Source of the DNA: Balanoglossus misakiensis
Taxonomy: Eukaryota > Animalia > Hemichordata
Assembly (NCBI GenBank): GCA_040954595.2
Contig: CM082582.2
Span: 12,210,415 to 12,274,414, forward strand
DNA: 64,000 bases
Direction: 5' to 3'
Positions 25,307 through 38,644 of the stretch are shown in pieces. The first letter of the stretch is position 1, and every line of letters begins with the position of its first letter. The position numbers and the translations under genes are program-made. The notes beneath the pieces are model-generated. The model was not told where the DNA came from. It worked only from the letters and a program-made list of their open reading frames with translations, and ran no database searches.

Positions 25307-25745
25307 TACATCATTGTTCACATATCATCATTCATGTGTTTTGAAACAAATCTGAGATCTGACTGTTTTGTTTACAAAAATATCAACACTTTTTACTCAT
25401 TTAAGTTATGCTGGTTGTCTCTTATGTTTTCATAGTTGTTTATTTTTTGTTAAAGTACTTTATGTTGAAAAATAAAGATTAATTTACGGTATTTCCAACT
25501 GCGAGCACTTTCCAAGATGGCAGTGTGATGCAATGAAGACAACACAAGAGATGTTCTTATTCTTGGCATGTTCTAGTGTCTATCCCGGGCCTAAATTGTG
25601 ATATGATCGTGTAATTGCGGCGATCGAATCATCCTCACGATCATAGAGAAAACACAGACACACCCCCTCACGAAGTGCCAAAAGACGCCCTCAAGCCACG
25701 CAAAATAATGTGCCACGCCCACCTGTAACTTACCAGGAAACGAAC

Positions 25746-28700
25746 ATGGCTGTACACGGGAAAGTATCGACTGCTGCACTTTGCCTGGTGTTAGCCAGCG
25801 TTCTGGCAGCTGGCGAGAAACCTAATGTAATTATCATGCTCATGGACGATGTAAGTACCAGTGTGTAAAGGGAAAAGAGCGAAAACCCCACAAATAAGTG
25901 TTATATGTAAGTTTGTACTCGATGCCATGGGAACGGTATAGTTTAACCCAGCTGAGTAGTTCAGTAGCTCGAGGCAATGCAAAACTTCGACCTGCGGCTA
26001 AGCTGAACCCACGTCGCTCGCTGATCAGCTGCTCCTTTGTTTGTGTGGATCATATGATCTCCTCGTGAGACTGTTAAACAATGGCCATGTCTTTGTGTAC
26101 ATTGCTGTATTCTACCACTTTCTCTGGTCTGTCCATGAACTGTACTTTATACCTCCCATTACTGATGTAATCAATGCAATGAGAATAAGATTTGTTTCTG
26201 TATAATGTAGACCAGATGGAACATGCTTTTTTATTGATGGTAATATAATGCCATACAGTTTATATGAAATATACATCAGTGGACCAGTGATTCAAAAAGG
26301 TTTTCTCATTGCAGATGGGCTGGGGAGATCTCGGAGTATTTGGGGAACCGGCAAAAGAAACTCCAAACTTAGACAAGATGGCAGAGGAGGGCACTCTTAT
26401 GCCATCATTCTATACAGCCAATCCTCTCTGTTCACCATGTAAGTACTGATGCAAACCTTCCCATGTTAAAAAATGTCAATTTACTGCCATGTATATTGAT
26501 GTTTCAATCAATAGACATGTCACTTAAATGTCAGTGTGGTTCTAAAGGGCATTTTATCTCAAATAAAGGGGAGGTGATTCACTATCACATGAGCATTCCA
26601 TATTGTGTACGTCTGCTGATGTTGTGTGGATAATGTGTTCCAACCTTTCAGCACATGTACAATATGGTCAATGTACGATGTGACTTGAATTTTAAGTATA
26701 TAGTAAATGGTCATTTGTCAGGGTCTTTTCTAGCATGGCAGCCACATATGGCTTTCAATAGGCCTTAATGTTCTTTCTGAACAGTGCAATATATGAAAAA
26801 CAAATAACTGTATCGAACCATGCTGTACTGTATGGTACCAGATAAGCTTTGATGAAGGCTAAATTTCAGAGTATTTTGTATCCTGCAGCCCGGGCAGCAT
26901 TAATGACAGGACGTTTACCAATTCGCAACGGTTTCTACACAACCAATGACCATGCAAGGAACGCATACACCCCCCAGGACATTGTTGGTGGCATCTCGTC
27001 TACAGAGATTCTGCTACCAGAGTTGTTGAAGAAAGCCGGGTATAAAAGTAAAGTTATTGGAAAATGGTAGGTAATACACAGGTATCCACTGATTTGGATG
27101 AGCGATAGGCAGCAATGAACACTGAATTTTGAACTGAATTGCCTATGTGTGCATCCATTTTTAAAGCAAAACAGGACTTTGAATGTCTCAAACAAAACTA
27201 TCACATTTATAAATTGACATTTACTGATCTTACCAAGGCATCTTGGACAGCAGCCTGAGCATCTTCCTTTCAACCGTGGATTTGATGAAGTCTTCAGTGC
27301 TCCAAATTGTCATTTCGGTCCCTATGACAACAAGAAGACTCCCAACATCCCTGTTTATAAAAACAAGGAAATGGCAGGCAGGTACTACGAAGATTTCCCA
27401 ATCAGTAAAGGTGAATCCAACATGACTCAACTATTCATACAGGTAATTGCCACAGACTGGGGTTTTATTTTCCATGAAGAACAAAGTTGCCCATGGGTCA
27501 TTTGTCACTTGGTCAAAATTAAGTTGAGAATTTATAGAAATGTGTAAATGTTAATCTTAAAAAATATACGTGGTGATGTCTTGTATTTGTAGGAGGGACT
27601 TAGTTTCATTGAATCGAAAACCAAAGCCAAGGAGCCCTTCTTCTTGTACTGGACACCGGATGCCACCCATGGACCAGTGTATGCATCCAAGATGTTTCTA
27701 GGCAACAGCGTCCGTGGTACCTATGGCGATGCCGTCCAGGAACTCGACTATGGTGTTGGTCAGATCCTCAGTAAACTTAAAGAACTCAAAATTGAACATA
27801 ACACGTTTGTGTTTTTCACATCTGACAATGGTGCTGCAACTTATGCAAAGACTAAAGGTATATATGAAACTATGAAACTACTGAACTTTTGAATATGTAT
27901 TTTATATAAGTACACATTTGTCAGACATCAAATGGTCAAAATACTGCAGTCAAAACAACATTAATGATTTTTTGTGTGTTTTGAAGGTGGTAGTAATGGT
28001 CCTTTCCTGTGTGGTAAAGAAACTACCTTTGAAGGAGGAATGAGAGAGCCAGCTATTGCTTGGTGGCCGGGCAAAATCAAAGGCGGACAGGTAACAAACA
28101 ACAACAACAACAAAATAACATCTCAAAGTAAATCATTCATTTCGTGGTATATGTATATCACTACATGTATGTTTCTATATTACAGGTGATTCATCAATTG
28201 GCCACTATCATGGATTTGTTTAGTACCACTCTGGACATTGCTGGTGTTGAGCAGCCAAAGGACAGAATAATTGATGGAACCAGCTTGTTGCCAATCCTTG
28301 TAGATGAGAAGACCGATCCCAATAAAACTGTCTTCTATTACCGTGGTAACGAGCTGATGGCTGCAAGACAGGGACTTTATAAAGCACACTTCTGGACGTG
28401 GACTAACTCAGAACAGGAGTTTTCTAAGGTTTGTGGTTTTGTAATTGGAAGGGGATCTTATTACCCATGTTTATTATGCAGTTTTTAACCTGTTACCCCA
28501 CTATCAGCAATGAAGTTATACCTAGCAATGAATTCTTGGAGAGTAGAAATATTTACATGAAGTTTGTTGTTTCTCTTCTCCACCAGGGAACTGACTTTTG
28601 TCCGGGACAGGAAGTGGAAGGTGTAACAACACACAATCAAACAAACAACACAGCACAACCTATACTGTTCCACCTTGGAAGAGATCCAGGTGAAAAATAT

Positions 28701-29261
28701 CAGATACAGTGAGTCAAGACTTGGCCATTTATCCATTGGTTTGTTGTATAAATATACACAAAGAATGTTGAAGTTGCCAGTGTGTAAAATAAATAGTGAT
28801 TTGTTGCTAAATTGATCTTGATATTTATAATCAGATAGTTTGATGACTGTAATCAGGCAGGAATTGAGTGTTATCATATTTTGTTCGTTATGGAAACAGA
28901 TTGAACTTCTGTTTGGTTTTTCTGCAGTGCAACTAGCGGTGAATACAAACAAGGCATTCAGCCAATATTAGATGCTGTTATGGACCACAAGAAAAATCTG
29001 GTCCCTGGTGAACCTCAGTTGAACATGTGTGACAAATCAGTGGAAGTAAGTAGTACTTTTGTGATGTGGTCATTGCAAATTCCACTGGTGATGATTGTTT
29101 CTTGGAAACTCCTTTCTTGGAAAATCTTTCTTGGAGATTCCCTATAAGTAACTGAATACCATCTGTGATTTCAGAACTGGGCTCCAGTTGGTTGTGAGAA
29201 ACTCGGACGATGTCTGAAAGCGCCACCATCCAATCCACACAAATGCACCTGGCCTCACTAA
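25746..29261 (+). CDS. GALNS: N-acetylgalactosamine-6-sulfatase paralog 2 (10 coding exons)
   Basis: MAVHGKVST...[59 protein letters not shown], ending KCTWPH*. Same intron positions as paralog 1. Confidence 0.94.
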
Positions 29262-29962
29262 AAGACCCAAGGATGTCTGGGATAGCAACTACAGTAACAC
29301 CTGTCTAATCTGGAAACCTGTCTCTACCCAACCCAGGATGGTTCTGTCTTGGCAAAATCCACTTGAAAAGTGTGTATCTAAGTGTAGTGATGTAACTTGA
29401 ATAATGGCATACAAATCAGTGTGTTGATGATTTTATATCTATAGATGTATGTCAATACTGTGAGACAGGCTTTTTGACATCAATTTATTTTGCTAAATAA
29501 AGTGACCTTGGGCACATCACACGGTTGATGTAAATGTCATTCAACCCATCACATTATGACTGACACTTTCATTCATAAATGTGTTTAATTTGCGGTTGTG
29601 AACAGTTCTGCGCTATATCGCCCACCATCTCAATTCACTGTTCAGCCCATGGGTTGCTAGCTCAGGCTGTATGAGGTGAAAATCAATTACACCATTGGTT
29701 AGCCGTGTTTTAATTGATTTTTACGTCATACACACTCACACCTTGGATTTTCTTTGTATTAAAATACAGAGAGAAACTCGGTACCATCTTCTTTGTTACT
29801 TTGCATTGTCTTGTAATATCGATTGAACGACCTGTCCACTACATAAGCGGAGAAACGAGCGATAGGAGCCTATATCGGACAGCGTCAACATCGCTATGGA
29901 ACTGCCCTGGCCTGGATTCAAGTAAAGACAACAGGTTTTCTGAAGGAGCAAATGATTTGACA

Positions 29963-32761
29963 ATGACCTGTAATGATAGGTGTCATCTGCGGCGATGGGC
30001 TGCCGAGGTATCCGATCTTCACGGACTGAAACACGTCGCCGGCAATGGTTCCTTGTTGCGACGGGGTATCTGGTTCCTTCTTTTCTTGGCAGGACTCTTT
30101 TGGAGCTCAAGACTCAACTTTCTCGTTCTGAGTGATTACTTCTCATACGGACATTCGACTATGCTGGACGTGGAGTATGGAGAGGATCTGGTGTTTCCTG
30201 CCGTCACTCTCTGCAATTTTAATAAATACAGAGAATCGCTTCTGACAGCCGACGACATAGTTAACGTTGGTGTTCACCTAGGTAAAGTTTTCAGTCATTT
30301 TATTTTTATAGATTTGAGCTAGTTTCAAAGTTTCGCCTTTCGTAAACATTCAGAAAAGTCGTTTCTGTTTTGATATTACTTTACCAGGTATCGGACTAGC
30401 CTGTGCTTATTAATTGATGATCTCCGTGCGTCAACAAACAAAATATCGACCCTAAGAGTTGTCACGGTTGCAGTGGTAAATAAAAATATTTGGCGTCGTA
30501 TATTATTCATTCCGACGTGCAGTCTACTTTGCCCCTGTTAAATTAACAAAATAAACTTTGATGCACAGGTATCGTAAACAGCAACTTTGAAGTCATTGAC
30601 GAGGGATTGTACACCGAGGAATTCGTCAGTCGTATGAACGCTGTCAACTGGACTGATTATGAAGAAGATCCGAACTTCGATATGGTAGAGTTTACCAACA
30701 GAACCGGACATCAGTTGGATGAGCTAATAATAAAGGTACGGCGCAGAGACAACATGGTAAAAAATGAAAATAAATAAGTTGCAGTAAATTACCCATGCGA
30801 GAAAAAGCTATAAGTTCAATAAAAGCCGTTTCCTCCAATGTTAACTCAACCATTTAAAAAAAACCTTTAAAACCTCCTTGCTAAGTTGCTTTTCTTTCTC
30901 ATTGATATTTCAGTGCGAGTTTTCCGGCGAAGAATGTACGGACGATGATTTTGTACACGTCTTCACGCACCAAGGCAACTGTTACACCTTTAATAGCGAA
31001 AGGGAGGGTTACACAACACGCAAATCCCTAAGAGCCGGTGCAGGTATTTACCACTGTGACATTTCATATGTCTTTCCACCCCCCACCCCCCATCTCTGAT
31101 TCCGAATCGTCCCAAGTGTCCAATATATGCAATATCTATAATCTATATTTAGAGGTATAAATCTCATTCCAAAATGGTCAAATCCCTGATGAAAATCCCG
31201 GCGTTCTACTAACACTTTCAGCAAATGGTTTGAAACTTATTCTGGACGCCGATACACCGGAATATACACCCTCTAACGACCTTGATGGTGACGCCCTGGA
31301 TGCTGGATTCCGGATTTCTGTGCATCACAACAACGAACCGCCATACGTCAGAGAACTGGGATTGTCAGTTGGACCGGGAATGCATTCATTTATAACAATG
31401 ACGAGGGAATATGTAAGGAAACTTTTACCTTAATATAATAGACTTCATTAATATCTGAAAACCTTATTTTGCATGTGGTAGGTAGGCAGGCAGAGCACCC
31501 AGGACGGCGTATTCTGTTTGTTGTTTTTTTTTTTTCAAACAGTTAAACCAAAAAATGACGCAAATTGATAGCAATGCAAGCTCTTTCTCATGGATTGCCA
31601 TAAAAATTTAATTCGTTCCAATTTATTCATGCCAGATCACAAGTATACCAGCGCCCTACACCAAATGTGAGAAGGACGGTCAAGTGCAGTATTACGATCA
31701 ATATTCACTACAAGCTTGTCGCATCGAGTGTGAAACCCAGGTTGTGGTCGACATTTGTGGCTGTAAGCTGGTCGAGCAACCCGGACCTGCACCTATATGT
31801 AATGCCTCTGACTCCCACGAATGTGGACATCCAACTCTCGGTAAGTGGTGTATGGTTTTCATTTTCATGGCAGCGTGTTTTCAGAAGACAGCCCGAACAA
31901 TGCATAATTTCTTTGGTGAATGAAATCATGGAAAACTAAATAAGTTTTCTTTTTATCAATTTTTTTATTTCACTCAGTGAATTTCATGACCAATAATCTG
32001 AACGGCACCGAAAATTGTCGTTGTCAGACACCATGTGACCTGCACAACTATCCATTGTCTGTATCCACGGCAACCTTAAGACCTGCGTTTGTCCAGAAAA
32101 CTTTCGAAAACACCACGCATTCCAATCTGTCGCAAACGTACATCAGGTAAGTAATCCCTTATATACCAAATCTCTGACGTTCATATTTGTACCAATATTT
32201 ATTTATTCTACGAAATCCATTTTAATTGCGTATTTCGGTAGCCTTCTCGATTGAACATGTCAAGCATTATCTCTGTTGCCAGGGACAACGTTGTCGTGGT
32301 GTCCATCTATTATGAAGCACTGAACTTGAAACTGATAGAGATAGTACCTGCTGCGGGATGGTTTGACGTCATGAGTAAGTATTAAAAACATTGTTCTGTG
32401 GTATTACTATCTTTGTGAAGTAAGACTAACCATGGTGGAGACTGCTTCGATTTTATGCACGGTGAAATGCAAATTATTTTAATCTTCTCAGACTAAAGAT
32501 TTGCTCTTGGTTTTAATGATTTCTGTATAATTTCCAACCACAGGTTCGATTGGTGGCAACCTGGGTTTATTTCTGGGAGCCAGTATGTTGACGGTCATAC
32601 AGTTTATTGAGTACCTGATTGATGAATGTTTGACTGCCTCTAAGAAGGACAAAGTGAAACCGGAGGATGTCAAGACTGAAAACGGTGTTGCCATGGAAAT
32701 AAACGAAGTCGAAGATCAGCCACAACAAAAGACAGATGCCTGGACTACCGAGTACAGCTAG
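29963..32761 (+). CDS. DEG/ENaC family channel, ASIC-like (8 coding exons)
   Basis: N-terminal HG motif (SDLHGLKH), TM1, FPAVTLCNFN, GNCYTFN, cysteine-rich thumb (YSLQACRIECET...CGC), and TM2 IGGNLGLFLGASMLT with the GAS filter. TAG at 32759-32761. Confidence 0.92.
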
Positions 32762-32898
32762 TCTTCCTTGAAAGCATGTTATCATTAGGATTTACATTTA
32801 ATTATTCAATAACGTGGGAATCTTTTACACCAACACGAGAGTATAAAATGAGGTTATACACGGCACACGAAAGTAATCACACACGGTTTTCTGTGTGT

Positions 32899-34944
32899 TC
32901 AGAAAAACGATTTAAGAAAGTGCAACAGTCCACAAAAGACAAGCGCCGCCATTTTGATGCGTACCGAACTTGCACCGGAGAGCTCATCAAACCCGTTGGT
33001 GGCAACTATTCTGGCGTATTCTTTAGCCGACTCTTTCTGAGTACGAGGTCTCTCTGCAACGTCGAAATCCACATGATGTATGCCAAATCTCTCCGTGTAT
33101 CCTCGTGCCCATTCGAAGTTATCCATTAACGACCAGGCTGTGTAGGCTCTGACATCTACTGAGTCGACGGTAGTCGCTATAAGAGATGGAGAGATAAGTT
33201 TGTTTTTGAATGTCAACGCGACAGTTTGTTTCCAGGTGGGTCAGATGAGTGTTGAATATTGTATTAAAGAACGACTGAAAACAATGGACACATTCATCAC
33301 TAGCTGTCATGTCAGATTTGCTGATAAGTACATTGTTAGAATATTTATTCAAAATCATTTTCTTGTAGGGACTTATGTTGTACTGCTTTGGCGAGATCGC
33401 TACCACCACTCTGCTTGCACCAATGATATGATAACATTTTTATCATATGACTCATCAGTTTGAGAAAAGTCACACTCATTCAGAAATACACGGACTAGCA
33501 GAGCAAGGTGTAATGACTGTTGGCTATACTGCCGGCACTAGAGTTTACACGTCTGGGTGAAAACTAGTGACAATCAAAACTTAATATCCTAGTTAAATTT
33601 CTTACCCTTCAGAACTTCGTTGATGTAACTTCGGTAATAGTCAACTCTGTCTTCGTCGTTCAGTTCGTCAATATCTGCCGTCGAGTAACCATTCTCTGTC
33701 ACATATATAGGAGGATTGCCATATTCTTCCCTGATCCACCCTAATAATTGCCGAATTCCCCAAGGTACCACATACAACCAATTCGACTGCGCTCTTGGCC
33801 AATTTTCACCAGTAAAACGATTGACACCACAGTCCTTGTCCCAGCTTGGTGGGTGTAACTCGTCATTAGTGTCGAAGTTCACTAAGCGTGAAGTGTAATG
33901 GTTGAGACCAAAAAAATCGGACGTGTCTTTAATGTATGCTATTTCTTCAGCGGTGAATTCTGGAAGTCGTGATTCGTTGAAACCTTGTTGTTCACTCAGG
34001 TCTGCAATTCTGGTCTTCATGATCTCAGGATAATCGCCATTATAGATCGGATGGGCGTACCATCCCAGCATAAACTGCATCATTTGCTCCGATGCATCCA
34101 GATCGTCTTGGATTTCTCTGTTTTCGGGTTCAAACCAGTCGCTGTTGAAGGTAATACCAACCTTCCCGTTCTGTGTTGACCGAAATTCGTCGTTGTACAC
34201 GTGCCATGCCCTTGCGTGTGATTTGATAAGGTTGTGGGCGACGATGTACGATGCCTCGCCTTCGCCTTGGACCCCCGGTGCGTGGTCGCCGTATTCGTAG
34301 CCGTTTTGTGTGATCACCCAGGGCTCGTTGAGAGTGAGCCAGCGTTTGACGCGGTCACCAAATCTCTCGTAGCAAACCCTCGAATAGTTGCCAAAGTCAT
34401 CGACCACTTTTTCTTGTAGCCATCCTTCGTAGCTGTCGTTAAGGGCTTGTGGCAAGTCCCAGTGATACAGCGTGACGAGTGGTTCGATTCCAGCATCGAG
34501 CAAACCATCAATCAGGTCGTTGTAGTATTGGACCCCATCTTCATTAACATTATCTGCAGTACCGTCGGGTAGAATTCTTGCCCAACTGAGCGAGAATCGA
34601 TAGTTGGTCAAATTCATGTCTTTCAGGATTTGTATATCTTGCTCCCATTTGTTGTAACTATCGCACGCAACATCACCCGTGTCGTCATTGTCGATATTGC
34701 CACCTTCATGACAAAACGTGTCCCAAAAGTTCTGTCCCTTGCCATCTGCGTTCCAGCCACCCTCGATTTGGTACGACGAGGTGGCGGCCATCCACTGAAA
34801 ATCGTTGGGAAAATAACCGAACAGAAACGCATCCCTTTCAGGGATGTTGTAAATGTCCGGATAGACATACACTGGGTCTGCAGATAACACTCCGCATACC
34901 AGTCCGAGGAAAATGACACATACAGCAATTCGAAGGGTCGCCAT
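32899..34944 (-). CDS. Glycoside hydrolase family 1 (lactase/beta-glucosidase-like) copy A, 2 exons
   Basis: Exons 34944-33606 and 33176-32899. Signal peptide, [19 protein letters not shown], catalytic TLNEP and [14 protein letters not shown], hydrophobic C-terminus. Confidence 0.95.
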
Positions 34945-36048
34945 TTCTCCTGGTGCTGCCGTTCGACCAAATGTCCTCCGGTGGCGTCAACTGATTCTAT
35001 TAAATGAGACAAGAATTTATCTTATTTTCACGAGGGTGGTGAGTGATTCCCAGCCAATGACCATTCATCTTACCCCTGTTTAGTGACCACCAGGAACTAA
35101 CTTGTTTCATACTTTGGACACCACGCCCACAGCCAATGTGCGTGCATCACTGCGTCAGATCCACGTGGTGACAAAAGTCAGAGTAACCTTGCATATCCGA
35201 CAGAACAACAGTGTAATCCGAGGTTAATAAGCAGTAATGACTATGTGTCTTATCATTTATGATATCCCATCTTCTCAATGACATTTAGGCGATGTATTAT
35301 ACCAGTCTGTCTCCACTGTGTATGATAACAGTCTGTCAGTACTGATAAACCACTGATCTAGAATCATCTTTCCAAGTATGGTCCCCTGAATGTTGAACCC
35401 AGCGTGATTTGGTCATGCGTTTCTATGAGTGACACATTTTTCTATGTTTGATCATCGACGTGTACAGCCATCGCAAAAAGCAGCATACCACAATCACGGG
35501 GGGCACAGTCAATCCATATCTGATATGGTCAATCGGAGTGGTCGAGAACTGTAACTATAAAAAACGGCATTCACACGTTTGATTGGGACAATTCTAATTC
35601 CGAGAAAGTCGGTTTTGAGACGTGTGTTTTTGAGGATGGGCTGTTTTTCCCCTTTATACCTCATTGTCGGGCCGACAAACCCTTCAATTTCCCGACCTAA
35701 ATTAGCCTGGGCACTCTGTGGAAATATTATTTACAGTTCCACGGGTTTAGAGTCTTGTCCGTTGTCAGACAAACGCTGCCATTTGCGATCAGAGAACAAC
35801 TGCCTCAAGCAACAGCGCATGTTTTCTGCGCATAACAAATTGTTGCACAGGTGCAAAATGTTCCACGTGCTATTGGCTTCCACCCCTCTTCTGTCTATGG
35901 CTTCGCAAATTTCTGCAGGTTATCTCCAGCTCACTCCGTCGTAGATGCCTTGTTGACGGTAAGTGCTCAATAATACCTACGAATAACTGTAGGTCAGTAT
36001 TTATAGACAATGTGTGACCAGCAAATTTGGGTGAGAGAGTCGTTTATT

Positions 36049-36127
36049 TAGGGTACGGCGACGTCTTTTACTTTAGGCCTACGCGGTGCGGTGAGGCGAC
36101 AGCATAAGAAGACGTCACCGTACCCTA
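36049..36127. mobile_element. 79-bp TA-flanked MITE-like inverted repeat
   Basis: TAgggtacggcgacgtctt...aagacgtcaccgtacccTA, a 19-bp inverted repeat with one mismatch. Confidence 0.65.
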
Positions 36128-36336
36128 CATGGTTTTAATCAGATTGATTTATTTCGTAACTTGTTCAGGAAATTACTTGTTAACTATTAAACACTGCTAC
36201 TTTGAAGAGTCCTTCGATAGCAGTTTCATAGCTGTAAGCTTACTTCATGGCCACTGACGACCTACGCTAATGGTCGCAAAAAAATTGTCTCGCAATTGCT
36301 CTGATATTTGCTTGTGTTCTGAAATTCTGACCATGC

Positions 36337-36360
36337 TGAGAGGGAGAGAGAGAGAGAGAG
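36337..36360. repeat. (AG)n microsatellite
   Basis: gagagggagagagagagagagag seen directly. Confidence 0.85.
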
Positions 36361-36552
36361 CGAGAAGTTTTTATTTAGTGTTCGTATTTTCCGTCTGCTG
36401 CGTATTTTCGTGTCCTTGAATTGCATAATAATATCATGCAATCTGCAAGTATCAGCGATTATCATCAACCTCGTCAAATAAACAACCATAGCGGTCTGAC
36501 CATAAAAGGCAGCGTTGTAAGTTTGGTCCGCAGTTCGAGAAGTGTCTTCAGA

Positions 36553-38644
36553 ATGATTGCATGTCATTGTCGTGCCGTATTTTTGGCCTCCTTGGCGTTT
36601 GCCGTTCTTTCGGTGTCCGCCGCCGATGACCCAGTCTTCGTTTATCCGGACATTTACAACGACGCTGAGAGAGACGCGTTTCTGTTTGAGTCGTTTCCAG
36701 AAGGCTTTCTCTGGAGCTGTGCGACATCGTCTTATCAAATCGAAGGAGGGTGGAATGCCGACGGAAAAGGAGAAAACATTTGGGACACGTTTTGTCGCGA
36801 ATCTGGCAACGTTGACAATAACGACACGGGCGACATTGCATGCGACAGTTACAACAAATGGCAGCAAGATATACAGCTCCTGAAAGACATGAACGTGAGG
36901 AACTACCGATTCTCGATCAGTTGGGCGAGAATTCTACCCGACGGCACTGCAGATAATGTCAATGAAGCTGGCGTTGAATACTACAACAATCTGATCGACG
37001 GATTGCTTGATGCAGGAATCGAACCTTACGTGACGCTGTATCACTGGGACTTGCCCCAAGCGCTGGTTGACAGTTATGATGGTTGGCTTGGAGATGAAAT
37101 CGTTGAAGACTTTGGCAATTATTCGAGGGTTTGCTATGAAAGATTTGGTGACCGTGTCAAGTACTGGATCACTCTCAACGAACCCTGGGTGGTGGCACAG
37201 AACGGCTACGAATACGGCGAGCACGCCCCCGGGATCGAAGGCCAAGGCGTGGACTCGTACATCGTCTCTCACAACCTAATCAGATCACACGCAAGGGCGT
37301 GGCACATCTACGATGAAGAATTTCGGTCCGCGCAAAATGGGGTGGTTGGTATAACGTTCAACAGCGACTGGTTTGAACCTGAAGACAGAAGTAGCCCATC
37401 CCATCTGGAAGCTTCGGAACAAATGATGCAGTTTATGCTGGGATGGTACGCTCATCCCATTTTCAAAGGCGACTACCCGGATGTCATGAAGACCAGAATT
37501 GCCAACATCAGTGAACAACAGGGCCTCGCCCAATCACGACTTCCAGCATTTACCAGTGAAGAAGTCGACTACATCAACGGTACAGCAGATTTCTTCGGTC
37601 TTAACCATTATACTTCACGCTTAGTGAACGATGAAGTCAGCAGCGACCTGAACCCTCCCAGCTGGGATAAGGACTGTGGTGTCAATCGTTTTACTGGTGC
37701 AAATTGGCCAAGAGCGCAGTCGAATTGGTTGTATGTGGTACCTTGGGGAATTAGACGGTTACTGGGGTGGATTAAGAAAGAGTACAACAATCCCCCAATC
37801 CTTGTCACGGAGAATGGTTTCTCTACGGCAGACATCGATGAACTGAACGACGAAGACAGAGTTAAATACTACAGAAGTTACATCAATGAAGTTCTCAAAG
37901 GTAATCCTAAACCCTATATTTTATCCAAACTAAAGACAGAAATAACAAGAATTTAGTAGTATCTGCGGAAGGGAAACTTTCTTTGACCTCATGATACTGA
38001 GACAAATTACAGCTGAATTGCAGAACTTCAGAAAATGTTGTTCAGCCATACAGCCACCTTTCTTAGTTCGAGTAGACCATAAGCTGAATCATAGGAGAGA
38101 CACCCCCGAGAACCACCTGTTGGAACTGTCTGTTGTCGGCCTCGGATTTCTCGGTTGAAAGTACCGGTTCCAAAGTACAAGTATATTTTGTAACAAGTTG
38201 TTATGTAAGGTCTTTGCAACGTGACGAAGACAGAGGACTATAATCCTGTCTATCTCGTGAAATTTACCTTACGGTGGGCCTGGTTTTGGCTAATTTTGCG
38301 ACATACTTTTGATCCCGTTCACACGGTTTTTTTTTTATGTTTATGTTCTTTTTCCAGCAATACTAAACGACCAAGTGGACGTCAGGGTCTACACAGCCTG
38401 GTCGTTAATGGATAACTTTGAATGGGCACGTGGATACACCGAGAGATTTGGCATACACTACGTCGATTTCAACGATGACGAGAGACCCCGTACCCAAAAA
38501 CAATCCGCCATAGAATATACGAAAATTGTGACCAATAATGGTTTCTTAGAAATATCCAGCGCGTCTTCTCTTCACTTCGGAGTTGCAGCGTCCATTTTCA
38601 GCTTTCTTGTGAAAAATGCTTTCTTTAATATATATGGGATGTAG
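36553..38644 (+). CDS. Glycoside hydrolase family 1 copy B, 2 exons
   Basis: Exons 36553-37900 and 38358-38644. [23 protein letters not shown] signal peptide, TLNEP and VTENG motifs, same single intron position as copy A, hydrophobic C-terminus. Confidence 0.95.

Noticed and set aside
29714-29962. N-terminal extension of the channel ORF
   Set aside because: Starts at TTG. The first ATG at 29963 gives a normal distance to the HG motif, although an upstream exon cannot be excluded.
36421-36552. 44-aa N-terminal extension of GH1 copy B
   Set aside because: TTG start. The ATG at 36553 places the signal peptide at the N-terminus, as in copy A.
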